DNA of 64,000 bases from an uncultured Verrucomicrobiae bacterium (lineage in GTDB: Bacteria; Verrucomicrobiota; Verrucomicrobiia; Chthoniobacterales; JAFAMB01). Both the position numbers and the translations under genes were made by a program. Below the pieces are notes generated by a model. That model did not search any database. It was not told the origin of the DNA and saw only the letters and a program-made list of their open reading frames with translations. Positions within the stretch are counted from its first letter, which is position 1, and each line of letters opens with the position of its first letter. The stretch covers positions 736,001-800,000 of the forward strand of contig CAVXLD010000001.1 in the NCBI GenBank assembly GCA_963762565.1. Direction: 5' to 3'. Shown here piece by piece: positions 1-9,108 of the stretch.

Positions 1-97
1 TTCCCTCCACGTTAAAAACGGCGATGGGTGGGTCGTCTATCCGTCTCACCTCACCCGGACCCAGCTCCGCCATTCGGCAAACTCGTTCCAGTGCCAT
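1..97 (-). CDS. N-terminal part of a Rieske (2Fe-2S) ferredoxin-like protein, runs off the left edge
   Basis: Manual translation from ATG at 97: MALERVCRMAELGPGEVRRIDDPPIAVFNVEG. This resembles the N-terminus of small Rieske ferredoxins. GAGGAGG RBS upstream (110-116). The Cys/His ligands would lie outside the window. Confidence 0.6.
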   Translation of the reverse strand, partial: MALERVCRMAELGPGEVRRIDDPPIAVFNVEG

Positions 98-248
98 CTG
101 ATTGTATCGCCTCCTCGAGGAATGTGACTTAACGAAACATCTTCTGCCAGGCCTTAAATTGCGAGGTGGGTTCGATCATTCTGTAAAACCCAGGATAGCA
201 TCTCAGAGGTTTCCGGGAGCTAGTTGAGAGGCGCGTTACGACTCATGA

Positions 249-373
249 GGGAGGGAGTGCGTCCTCGCGCGCCGCGAGCGTGGGGTTACCCCTCTAGGCC
301 GGATATCTTCCTCCTCGGTCCTCCAACGCGCTTAGCTTCGGGAACGACGGATCGCGAGGACGCGATCCCTCCC
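249..373. repeat. REP-doublet (REPIN-like) inverted repeat, GGGAGGGA(T/G)..C family
   Basis: GGGAGGGAGTGCGTCCTCGCGCGCCG (249-274) pairs imperfectly with CGGATCGCGAGGACGCGATCCCTCCC (348-373). Related arms at 34944-35121 and 37257-37432. Confidence 0.75.
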
Positions 374-383
374 AGCCCTCCGC

Positions 384-1262
384 CTACGCACCGGCTGGAA
401 AGAACTCAGTATCGTGCATACGCCCATAGTCCGCAGTGTAAGTACCATCCGGGTTTTCGCTGTAGATGTCTACAAAACGGTGATCCCACACGATTTCTTC
501 GAACAAATAGTCGGCTTGGCTCTGAATCGGCGCCACAATTACCGTGTCAATGCAAACAACTGACGCAAAAAGGCGTGTGTCCGCGCGCTGGAGCTCTTCC
601 CGGGTCCATCCATAAAAGGGGCTGGTCTCATCGATTCGATGCCGGATTACCAGTGCGACTGGAAACGAGATTACTCGATCATAATGTAGTTTGAGGGGAT
701 AGAATCGGCGCATGTCGTCCCCTTCTTTTGTCGGCTCGTTGCGAACCATCATCATCCGGAACTCGGCTTCGGCCATCGTGTGATGACGCAGGTTAGCGAC
801 GCGGATCATCAAGTTCGGATAGCCGTCAAAGAGGCCCACGGTGACGACCTTACTAAACAGGATCTTGGCCATCGGACGGGAAAAACGGATGAATATGAGG
901 CCGGTGATAACGGCCATGCCAAACAACCCCACCATGATTTCCAAGGTGGCGATGCTGTGACCGTAGATAGAGTCCGGGTACATATGGCCGTACCCGACGG
1001 TGGCGAACGTTTCGACACTAAAAAAGAAGCCATCCAAGAACGAGCCTGGATGCATTTCTGCGATACCGTTGCCGCCCAATACGTACAGCCCGGCAAAGAT
1101 TACGTTGACTATCAGATAGCTTCCCAACACCAGACCAGCAAACTGCGGCCAACTGAGGCTAAGCACCCAGTGGTAAGAATCACGCAAATCGAACCGATCT
1201 GCGTTGATTTTAAGAAATTCAGTTTTACCAAATCGGACCGAAATAGGAGATGGCTTGCTCAT
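384..1262 (-). CDS. Inward-rectifier potassium channel (KirBac family)
   Basis: FFFSVETFATVGYG selectivity filter, DSYHWVLSLSW slide helix, RFSRP, and a cytoplasmic IRK domain (MIRVANLR, HRIDETSP). Start placed at MSKPSP (1262). Confidence 0.93.
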   Translation of the reverse strand: MSKPSPISVRFGKTEFLKINADRFDLRDSYHWVLSLSWPQFAGLVLGSYLIVNVIFAGLYVLGGNGIAEMHPGSFLDGFFFSVETFATVGYGHMYPDSIYGHSIATLEIMVGLFGMAVITGLIFIRFSRPMAKILFSKVVTVGLFDGYPNLMIRVANLRHHTMAEAEFRMMMVRNEPTKEGDDMRRFYPLKLHYDRVISFPVALVIRHRIDETSPFYGWTREELQRADTRLFASVVCIDTVIVAPIQSQADYLFEEIVWDHRFVDIYSENPDGTYTADYGRMHDTEFFPAGA

Positions 1263-1634
1263 ACGAGTTAATCTTGCAGTCTCCCAGGGCAGAACGCGGG
1301 TTTCAAGGTTGCTGGATTTTTGGTGGAGCGAGGTTCCGGAGCTTCCTAAAAGGGTCCGCAAAGCGGCTGCCGGTCGTAAAGGCTGTAGTGGCCAGCGCCA
1401 GAAAACTGCCGAGCCGTAGTCCCGGAGTCAGCCATGGCCCATGAATAGCGAAGTCAGATGGAGGAGGACCTAACAAAATCGGCAGGTCGAGGCCTCACGA
1501 TGGGCACGGCTCGGCGGGCGTATCGGCCCAAAACACGAAATCTACGTTTCGACGTCGCAGTCCCTGGAAAGCCCGCAAGGCCGAGCGGGGGCCTCGCCCC
1601 ACCAAAGCCCTTGAACGAATTCCAGGTCCCGAAC

Positions 1635-1682
1635 TGGCTCGACAAGAAACCACGTTCCGTGGAAAATCGATATGACCACTCT
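1635..1682. promoter_or_regulatory. Putative MocR/GabR operator (copy 1)
   Basis: TGGCTC-N9-CCAC-N22-CCACT directly upstream of the MocR start at 1692. Near-identical geometry at 3360, 3843 and 7004. Confidence 0.55.
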
Positions 1683-1691
1683 ACTCTCAGG

Positions 1692-3182
1692 ATGAAACGT
1701 GCTAGCGCCGGCTTTTTCCCACCGATCCCGGTTGATGATGATGATCCCTCAAAGCCGATGTACGTCCAATTGTACGATTGGTTCCGATCTGCCATTGTCG
1801 GCGGCCATTTGCGGCCGGGACAAAAAATTCCTTCCAGCCGGCAGCTCGCTTCTGACCTGAAGGTCTCTCGGATTACGATTTTGAGCGCTTTCGAGCAGTT
1901 GCACGCCGAGGGCTATCTAGAGGGCTCCGTTGGTTCCGGGACGTACGTCGCCAAATCTATCCCGGATCATACGGTCAAACTGAAGTTAGGCGATTCGCCG
2001 CGGGAGCTTTCAGCCAACTCGCAACACGGCCCACGCAGGGTTTCAAAGCTAGGAAGTAGATTCCTCTCAGCGCCTCCCTTACCGCGAGGGTTTCGCGCCT
2101 TTCAGGTCGGTCTGCCAGCCCTGGACCGGTTCCCCAGAACAACTTGGTCGAAACTCCTGATCCGGCACTCAAGACAAACAAGAAAGGAATTAATGGCCTA
2201 TGGCAACCCGATGGGCCGCCTAGCTTGCCGCGAGGCCATTGCGGAATATCTCAGTGTGATCCGAGGCGTGCGCTGTCAACCGGCCCAGATTATGATCGTT
2301 ACTGGGTCACAACAAGCCCTGGATATCGCTGCGCGCGTTTTGCTGGATCCCGGCGACCCAGTGTGGATCGAAGAACCGGCCTATCCAGGCGCCGTCCGAG
2401 CTTTTGCCGCGGCAGGCGCTCGCCTGATACCAGTACGGGTCGATGAGGAAGGATTAGACGTGAACCGAGGGATCAAACGATGCCCCGGTGCGCGCGCTGC
2501 CGTCATTACTCCATCGCACCAGTTCCCGTTGGGGATGACCATGAGCGCGACTCGTCGCGTTCTATTGTTGGACTGGGCCACTCGCAACGGCTCATGGATC
2601 GTCGAAGATGACTACGACAACGAGTATCGCTTTGGGATTCGCCCGATCTCTTCTCTTCAGGGCCTGGATGAGGATGAAAGAGTCATTTACGTGGGAACCT
2701 TCAGCAAGGTTCTCTTCCCGTCGCTTCGAATTGGCTATGTGATTGCCCCCAAGGATCTTATCACACCGTTCTCCCGCGTTCGGGAAACATCGGATATCTT
2801 CCCGCCTCCGTTACATCAAGAAGTGTTAACCGACTTCATCCGCGAAGGCCACCTAGAACGACACATACGGCGCATGCGGATGCTTTACATGGAACGACAT
2901 GACATCCTGGTGGCGGAAATTCGAAAAAACCTGGGAACAAGTTTCGAGGTAATGACGGCACACGCGGGAACCTATCTCGTCATGCTATTGCCGGATGGCT
3001 TTCGAGATACCGTCGTGGCAGAGAAAGCGGCGGAGGCGGACATCTCCACGGTACCATTATCGATTTGCTACCAAGAAGAGCCTCGTAGACAAGGCTTGAT
3101 CCTAGGTTACGGCGGCGTCAATCGCAGGCAGATTCAAGAGGGAGTTAGTAAACTCGCGGCTATTCTCAGAAAAAGACACTAA
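1692..3182 (+). CDS. MocR/GabR family regulator (GntR wHTH + PLP-dependent aminotransferase-like domain), paralog 1
   Basis: LRPGQKIPSSRQLA wHTH, ITPSHQFPLG, IVEDDYDNEY, YVGTFSKVLFPSLRIGY (PLP lysine). Start MKRASAGFF chosen by alignment with the paralog at 7060. Confidence 0.95.
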   Translation: MKRASAGFFPPIPVDDDDPSKPMYVQLYDWFRSAIVGGHLRPGQKIPSSRQLASDLKVSRITILSAFEQLHAEGYLEGSVGSGTYVAKSIPDHTVKLKLGDSPRELSANSQHGPRRVSKLGSRFLSAPPLPRGFRAFQVGLPALDRFPRTTWSKLLIRHSRQTRKELMAYGNPMGRLACREAIAEYLSVIRGVRCQPAQIMIVTGSQQALDIAARVLLDPGDPVWIEEPAYPGAVRAFAAAGARLIPVRVDEEGLDVNRGIKRCPGARAAVITPSHQFPLGMTMSATRRVLLLDWATRNGSWIVEDDYDNEYRFGIRPISSLQGLDEDERVIYVGTFSKVLFPSLRIGYVIAPKDLITPFSRVRETSDIFPPPLHQEVLTDFIREGHLERHIRRMRMLYMERHDILVAEIRKNLGTSFEVMTAHAGTYLVMLLPDGFRDTVVAEKAAEADISTVPLSICYQEEPRRQGLILGYGGVNRRQIQEGVSKLAAILRKRH

Positions 3183-3359
3183 GCCACGAAGTTAGACCGA
3201 CCTAGCGATCCTTCCCCTTCCTTTGGGCTTCGTGGCTTTGGGTGATACTCCTATGCCCGCCGGGCAAACACGGCCGCTTCATCGAAGAGCAGGATATTTC
3301 GATAGCCACGACCAATGTTTGCCGGCAAAGGTTACTCGACTGGATTCTACGACATAACT

Positions 3360-3406
3360 TGGCTCTTGGGTAGAGCCACTTTCTAACTTTCTGACATAGC
3401 CACTTT
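3360..3406. promoter_or_regulatory. Putative MocR operator (copy 2, orphan)
   Basis: TGGCTC-N10-CCACTTT with a second AGCCACTTT 24 bp later. Confidence 0.5.
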
Positions 3407-3427
3407 TGACCTCCTAGTTGAGGCCGG

Positions 3428-3748
3428 TTATGCTAGAGTCTCGAATTCCGCGAATGCAATACATTGAGGCCCTTGTTCTACCACTAACACAAAAACATGG
3501 TACGTCTTCCCCGGTTCAAGCCCTACGAATTTAAATGTTTTTCGTTTCGTGAAGTAGACGCCGTAGACCTCCTGAGAAAAAACCATATAGCGGGTTCCCT
3601 CCCCGAGGGGCGTCCAAGTTAGGTGCACAGAGACTCGCGTCGGTTCCACACCCAAGAAGTTGAAACCAGTCGAACCGTTCTCCAAGGTCGCGGGACCGCC
3701 GGAATCGTGTCCATGACGGTGACTAACATTACGTGAGTACGCTTTCAT
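3428..3748 (-). CDS. Small fibronectin type III-like domain protein
   Basis: VHLTWTP...YMV...FVGLEPGKTYHVFV matches the FN3 W / Y / GLxPGxxY pattern. A purine-rich element (AAGGGGG) lies upstream. Confidence 0.6.
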   Translation of the reverse strand: MKAYSRNVSHRHGHDSGGPATLENGSTGFNFLGVEPTRVSVHLTWTPLGEGTRYMVFSQEVYGVYFTKRKTFKFVGLEPGKTYHVFVLVVEQGPQCIAFAEFETLA

Positions 3749-3842
3749 TAGTACAGCCCCCTTGCTCGAGTCGGTAACCCTTGCCGGCTCCTTAGTTGGC
3801 GGACATCCGCCCCTTCTGGCGACCAGTTATTACGATAAAATC

Positions 3843-3888
3843 TGGTTCCCTAAAATGACTGCTATTTCAATAAATTCCATAGCCACTT
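3843..3888. promoter_or_regulatory. Putative MocR operator (copy 3) upstream of the FN3-like gene
   Basis: TGGTTC-N10-CTGC (degenerate)-N20-CCACTT, same spacing as the other copies. Confidence 0.45.
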
Positions 3889-3918
3889 CGCCCTTCGCGC
3901 CTCCTGCGCCGAGAACGC

Positions 3919-6900
3919 TCAGAACTTCTTATCGATCGAGAACCAGAAGTAGCGCTGGATAAAATTTGCGCCGCCGGCGGTATCATAATTGGCTAGAAAA
4001 TTGTCTACGACAAGAGGCGGGGCGGTATCGAAGATGTTGTTAATACCGAAAGTGACCGTCGTATTGGCCAGCAAATTGCGCCAGCCCCATCGCGAGCCTT
4101 CCGGTGCAGGAGCAATCGCTTTTTCGCCAACGATTTGTTTTCCTTCCTTATTATAACCTGGCTTCGGTGCCTCGGGCGTTATCTCGACCGGCGGACCGAT
4201 TTTGTATGAGATCTGCCAGTCTAGCGTTGTCCAATTCCCGATCGTATGGACGTTCCCTGGGATACCATTGTCCGGGATAAAAGATCCGACGGGAGCGGCT
4301 GGGTTGGTACCGTTAGCAGAATTGGTAAAGTCCAGCTCGGAGCCAACGTAATGGAGGGTTAAACCGGTCCTGAAGGCGTCAGTCCCAAAGAGGGTCTTAG
4401 AGTAGAAAATACTGGCCAACATCTTCAAGTCAGGAGCGGACCCATTAGCGGTGTCGGTTAGGTTGAACACGCGATAAAAGAAGGTGCCATTGGCATTTAA
4501 CCCCTGAACGGATTTAAGGGTAAACCAGTAAAGATAGCTGGCATCGTAATCAAACTCGAGTTTACCCCAGTTAAATTCCTTAGTCTTGTAGCTAAAGCCC
4601 CACTCAAGCCCTTCGCTCCGCTCATTGCCGAGATTCAGGTAACTGTTAACCACTTCCGTGATCACCCCACTGGGCCCGCGAACAACAAAGTTGCCAGGCG
4701 GTGCCGAACTGCCCAAAGCAACGACTTCCTGAGGTAATAAAGTTCCGAACACCTGGTGTTGATCGACTTGAAACCAATCGACGTAGGCGCTGAATCCTTT
4801 TGCCCAGCTCCACCAGCTATTCTCATCGGTCGAGGCGGGAGTCCAAACGCCTCGCACATAGTACATGTAGGCATCCTCCGGTTTCAGTCTCGGGTTACCG
4901 GTGGTCGTGTTAAGCACGGTGATCTGTCCTAACTGCGGGAACTTTGGATCGATGATTCCGGTCTCCGCGGGAATCCCGGCTGACGAGTAAAGTTGAGGTA
5001 ACGATGGCGCAACAAACGATTCCGAATAACTGGCCTGAACCGTGAAATCATTGAACGGCTTGTAAAGGATCGCGAACTTCGGTTTCGCAGCGCTCCCGAA
5101 GTCACTGTAATAATCCTGGCGCTCGGAGATCGTCATTTGAAGGGAACGCATTCCGGGCCAAGACCATTGATCGCCAAAGATAGGAATATCCGACTCTCCG
5201 AAGATGCTCCAAATATAACGACGCGCATTGATGAGCCTCCCGACCGGGAACTGGATAGCGGTCAGGTTACCGTCATAACTGTTCGGATCATCGCCCTGGA
5301 TATAATCTTCGCTGCGGTACTCGAAGCCGCCGGCGACGTTAAGCGGGCCCGAGGGTAAATCCCATAAGGTACCGCCGGCGACGGCATGGAACTGCATGAT
5401 ATCGCTTCTGATATTCTCCCAGATGCTGCCGATGAGATTCTTATTACCGTAAAAGGACGAGTTGGGACCGGCGACCGATTCATCGGCAAACGGATTAAAG
5501 AACTGGCCGACATTGCCGGGAAGCGTGCCATTGAGAGCCTCCTGCATGCCATTGAAGGTAAACATGTTCTTGTCGGTTTGAGTGGCGTCGGCCTCTCCGT
5601 ACAGAAAATTGGCATCGATGTACCACGCGTGCGGTAACTGGATGGTAGCTCCCGCCACTTCCCGAAATGTGGTAATGGTACTATCCGTTTTCAATACATT
5701 GAATTCGTTAAGACCTAATCCCGTCACCAAGAGATTTTCATGGAAGGGGTTAAAAGGATTGTAACTAGGAACGATGACGCCTGGATTAAACGGCGGCGGA
5801 TAGACGCCCTGGTTCGGGCCGTAGGTACTGAGCTCTTCGGTTCGACTAATGAGGAAACTGTCGTAAAGCTTGAGCCAATCATTCACATCGTAAGTCATCT
5901 TAACCAGACCGCCTAGCCTGGTCTCCCGCGGATACACCTGCAGACCGTAGATGCTGAAGTCTGCCGGATTTTGCGGGCTTAACGCAGCGGGGCCGATGAT
6001 GAAATCGGACGGAGTCGGGTTGACGCCATTAAATCCCTGCTTGGTCTCATAGCTGTTGCCGCTCGTCAGACCAAAAAACTGGCCAGTTAAGAAGGGGGGG
6101 CCGATAGAGTGTCCGGGGTATGTAGGGCTCAGCAGGGTATAGTTCAGGAAGGTGTCCCGGCGATCGACCGCCATGACCGGACTTTGGGAATAGAAATCGA
6201 ATGACGCGACGATACTGAATTTCGAGGTATCGCTTAATTTCTGGATCCAGCCGCTCGTGAACTCGCCGTGATAAACTTCGTAATCCCCTCTTTGGCTGAT
6301 CCCATAATAGTTATAAATATCGGCTCCCTGGTATTGATCTTTTGTAATGAAGTTGACGACCCCGGCCACCGCGTCGGTGCCGTAAGTAGCGCTACCGCCA
6401 TCGTTGAGGATGTCGATGCGATCGACCGCTCCCAATGGGATCCCATTGATGTCGACGTAATTGAACGCACCCGCGGTCGAGACCTGGGGAAAAGGATACG
6501 AAGGCATGCGAAGGCCGTCTACGAGAACCAGGGTATCGTTGGGCGGCAACCCTTTCAGGGCGATGGAAGCGCCGCCCGGCGAGAAGCCGAACCCGGTGGT
6601 CACACCCGGGTTAAAGTTGCCGGTCGCACCAGGCAGATTTTGCAGAACATCGGTTACGTTCTGGTAGCCGGTGTTCTGAATATAAGTCTGGTCGTAGCTG
6701 GTGACCGGCTGAGGACCTTCGCCGATCCTGGGGATGAGATAGCCGGTTACCACAACTTGTTGCAATTGGCCGCCGCTGGTTGCATTGCCGGCGTTCTGGT
6801 TCTCGCTAACTGACGGGTTGGCAGCCGCCGGGGATGGCTCTGCGGTTTGAGCTCGAAGACTCAGATTTCCTGAGATTAAAGCTGTAGCTAGCCCTAGGGT

Positions 6901-6927
6901 CGCGGTAAGAAAAGGGGTTGTTTTCAT
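3919..6927 (-). CDS. TonB-dependent outer-membrane receptor
   Basis: Signal peptide MKTTPFL...LRAQ, TonB-box-like QQVVVTG, plug motifs TLVLVDG and IDILNDGGSATYGTDAVAGVVNFIT, C-terminal GINNIFD...FSIDKKF ending in Phe. Confidence 0.95.
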   Translation of the reverse strand: MKTTPFLTATLGLATALISGNLSLRAQTAEPSPAAANPSVSENQNAGNATSGGQLQQVVVTGYLIPRIGEGPQPVTSYDQTYIQNTGYQNVTDVLQNLPGATGNFNPGVTTGFGFSPGGASIALKGLPPNDTLVLVDGLRMPSYPFPQVSTAGAFNYVDINGIPLGAVDRIDILNDGGSATYGTDAVAGVVNFITKDQYQGADIYNYYGISQRGDYEVYHGEFTSGWIQKLSDTSKFSIVASFDFYSQSPVMAVDRRDTFLNYTLLSPTYPGHSIGPPFLTGQFFGLTSGNSYETKQGFNGVNPTPSDFIIGPAALSPQNPADFSIYGLQVYPRETRLGGLVKMTYDVNDWLKLYDSFLISRTEELSTYGPNQGVYPPPFNPGVIVPSYNPFNPFHENLLVTGLGLNEFNVLKTDSTITTFREVAGATIQLPHAWYIDANFLYGEADATQTDKNMFTFNGMQEALNGTLPGNVGQFFNPFADESVAGPNSSFYGNKNLIGSIWENIRSDIMQFHAVAGGTLWDLPSGPLNVAGGFEYRSEDYIQGDDPNSYDGNLTAIQFPVGRLINARRYIWSIFGESDIPIFGDQWSWPGMRSLQMTISERQDYYSDFGSAAKPKFAILYKPFNDFTVQASYSESFVAPSLPQLYSSAGIPAETGIIDPKFPQLGQITVLNTTTGNPRLKPEDAYMYYVRGVWTPASTDENSWWSWAKGFSAYVDWFQVDQHQVFGTLLPQEVVALGSSAPPGNFVVRGPSGVITEVVNSYLNLGNERSEGLEWGFSYKTKEFNWGKLEFDYDASYLYWFTLKSVQGLNANGTFFYRVFNLTDTANGSAPDLKMLASIFYSKTLFGTDAFRTGLTLHYVGSELDFTNSANGTNPAAPVGSFIPDNGIPGNVHTIGNWTTLDWQISYKIGPPVEITPEAPKPGYNKEGKQIVGEKAIAPAPEGSRWGWRNLLANTTVTFGINNIFDTAPPLVVDNFLANYDTAGGANFIQRYFWFSIDKKF

Positions 6928-7003
6928 TCTGCTCCTTGGTTCGGCCATTCTCGACAGCATCGGGACAACACTGGCCGATTTCCGTTCGAAATTAGTTGAA
7001 AAG

Positions 7004-7050
7004 CGGATCAACAAAATGTCCACTTCTTGAAAAAATGATATGTCCACTTT
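7004..7050. promoter_or_regulatory. Putative MocR operator (copy 4) in the divergent TBDR/MocR promoter
   Basis: CGGATC-N10-CCAC, with the ATGTCCACTT direct repeat at 24-bp spacing. Confidence 0.6.
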
Positions 7051-7059
7051 GAACGAGCT

Positions 7060-8544
7060 ATGAAACGGGTCGGCGCCGGTTTTTTTCCCTCGATCACTTT
7101 TGAAAACGATGGATCGGGTCCGATGTATCGCCGGCTATATGATTGGTTTCGATCCGCGATACTAACCGGTGAATTGCGTCCAGGTCAGAGGCTCCCTTCG
7201 ACCCGTTATTTAGCCTCGGAACTAAGGGTTTCGCGCATCACGATCTTATCCACATTTCAATTGTTATCCGCCGAAGGTTATATCGAAAGTTCTGCCGGCT
7301 CCGGGACCTATGTAACAAAGTCGATCCCGGATCAGGTAACTCACCTACGATTCGGAAAGCAGCCAAGATCGACCAAGCATCCTCCTAGCAGCGGGTCCCG
7401 TAGAATTTCCCAACTCAGCGCTCGATTGTCCCCTTTCCCTACCGTGCCGTTTGGCATAGAGGCGTTCCGAGTCGGTTTGCCGGCGCTGGATCGTTTTCCC
7501 GTAAATACCTGGTCGCGCCTTGCGGCTCGTCGTTGGAGGCAGCCAAGAAAAGAGCTGCTGACCTATGGCGGTCCCATGGGTTTCGAACCCTGTCGGAAAG
7601 CGATTGCCGAATATGTAGCTAGCGTCCGGGGCGTGCGTTGCGATGCATCTCAAATCATGATCGTTAACGGCTCTCAACAAGGCCTGGAGATTTCCGCCCG
7701 TGCTTTGCTAGATCCCGGTGATCCTGTTTGGATAGAGGAACCGGGTTATCCAGGCGCATTTCAAGCTTTCGGGGCAGTAACCGGCAAACTGATTTCGGTC
7801 CCGATCGACGATGATGGCTTGGACGTCAAAGAAGGCATCAGGCGCTGTCCGCAGGCCCGGGCTGCATTCATTACTCCGTCTCATCAATTCCCAATGGGCA
7901 TGACCATGAGTGCCGGGCGCAGAATGCTGCTGGTAGATTGGGCGGCTCGCAATAACTCCTGGATCGTGGAAGACGACTACGATAGCGAATACGATTTTCG
8001 TAAGCGTCCGATTGCGTCGGTTCAGGGCTTGGACACCGGCGCCAGAGTTATTTACGTCGGAACCTTTAGTAAGATATTGTTTCCATCACTCCGAATTGGC
8101 TACTTGATCGTACCTCCGGATCTGCTTTCGGCTTTCTGCCGGGTCAGGCAGGCTTCAGATCTGGCGCACTCTACGCTCGAACAGGCCGTACTCGCCGACT
8201 TCATCCAGGAGGGACATTTTGCCCGGCACATCCGGCGAATGCGCACGCTTTACATGGAGAGAAACGAAATGCTGGTGGCCGAAATCGAAAAACAACTCGG
8301 AGGCATCGTCGAGGTAGTCAGCGCCCAAGCCGGAATGCATTTGGTGGTTATGCTTCCGCGCGGCGCTGATGATATGATCGTCTGGCAGCGTGCCGTCAGC
8401 TTGGGTATCGCATCCTGGCCGTTATCGATTTGTTGCCAAAAGAAACCGCAGCGAGGTGGACTTGTTCTTGGCTACGGCGCCGTCGATCGAAAACAAATCT
8501 TGGATGGAGTGAAGAGACTTGCCGCAGTGATTCGGGAGTTCTGA
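7060..8544 (+). CDS. MocR/GabR family regulator, paralog 2
   Basis: LRPGQRLPSTRYLA, ITPSHQFPMG, IVEDDYDSEY, YVGTFSKILFPSLRIGY. Colinear with paralog 1. Confidence 0.95.
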   Translation: MKRVGAGFFPSITFENDGSGPMYRRLYDWFRSAILTGELRPGQRLPSTRYLASELRVSRITILSTFQLLSAEGYIESSAGSGTYVTKSIPDQVTHLRFGKQPRSTKHPPSSGSRRISQLSARLSPFPTVPFGIEAFRVGLPALDRFPVNTWSRLAARRWRQPRKELLTYGGPMGFEPCRKAIAEYVASVRGVRCDASQIMIVNGSQQGLEISARALLDPGDPVWIEEPGYPGAFQAFGAVTGKLISVPIDDDGLDVKEGIRRCPQARAAFITPSHQFPMGMTMSAGRRMLLVDWAARNNSWIVEDDYDSEYDFRKRPIASVQGLDTGARVIYVGTFSKILFPSLRIGYLIVPPDLLSAFCRVRQASDLAHSTLEQAVLADFIQEGHFARHIRRMRTLYMERNEMLVAEIEKQLGGIVEVVSAQAGMHLVVMLPRGADDMIVWQRAVSLGIASWPLSICCQKKPQRGGLVLGYGAVDRKQILDGVKRLAAVIREF

Positions 8545-8593
8545 ATCTAGTGAGCGCAACCGAGCATTGTGTTCCGGAAATAGACATGGTTAG

Positions 8594-8989
8594 TCACCCT
8601 GGATCATCGAAGATGACTATGATAGCGAATATCGTTTTGGAGTTCGTCCCATAGCGGCTATCCAGGGACTTGATACCCACGAGCGGGTAATTTACGTCGG
8701 AACGTTCAGCAAAATCCTATTCCCCTCACTGCGGATCGGATACCTGATTATCCCTAAGGATCTAGTTCCGGTCTTTGCACAAGTGCGCAGATTCTCTGAT
8801 ATTTTTCCGGCTACCCCTCTTCAGGCGGTGCTAGCCGACTTTCTCCGAGAAGGCCATCTTGCCCTGCACATCCGGCGGATGCGCAGGTTGTACCTCGAAC
8901 GGCATGACACACTGGTATCAGAAATTCGCACTAGGGGCTATTCTCCGAAACTGTCGGCATCAATAAAGGAGCTAGGAGCTAGAATCTAG
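8594..8989 (+). pseudogene. Fragment of a third MocR paralog (aminotransferase core only)
   Basis: Translation from 8600: WIIEDDYDSEYRFGVRPIAAIQGLD...YVGTFSKILFPSLRIGY...HIRRMRRLY. In-frame TAG at 8591 and no HTH. The tail AILRNCRHQ* (cf. AILRKRH* of paralog 1) follows in another frame after an apparent internal deletion. Confidence 0.85.
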
Positions 8990-9000
8990 CAGCCAGGAGG
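8968..9000 (+). repeat. Single arm of the GGAGCTA heptamer cassette family
   Basis: GGAGCTAGGAGCTAGAATCTAG begins 1 nt after the TAA at 8964-8966. The same arm occurs at 30096, 38070 and (inverted) 38424. Confidence 0.75.
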
Positions 9001-9108
9001 GGCGTTTCGTGGGCCCCAATCGTCGTTCTCGTTCTTCGCAAGGCTACGCTTGATCGTGGCACACGGTCATCTACGGTGTTGCCGGGCTATCTTTGCTTTG
9101 AAGAACGT

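Noticed and set aside
1458..1691. Long N-terminal extensions in the ORF track (mocR1, TBDR, purL, purF, obgE, glgA, argD, hppA)
   Set aside because: Homology starts at downstream codons, several of which give 4-nt overlaps. The extensions run through promoters or repeat arms.
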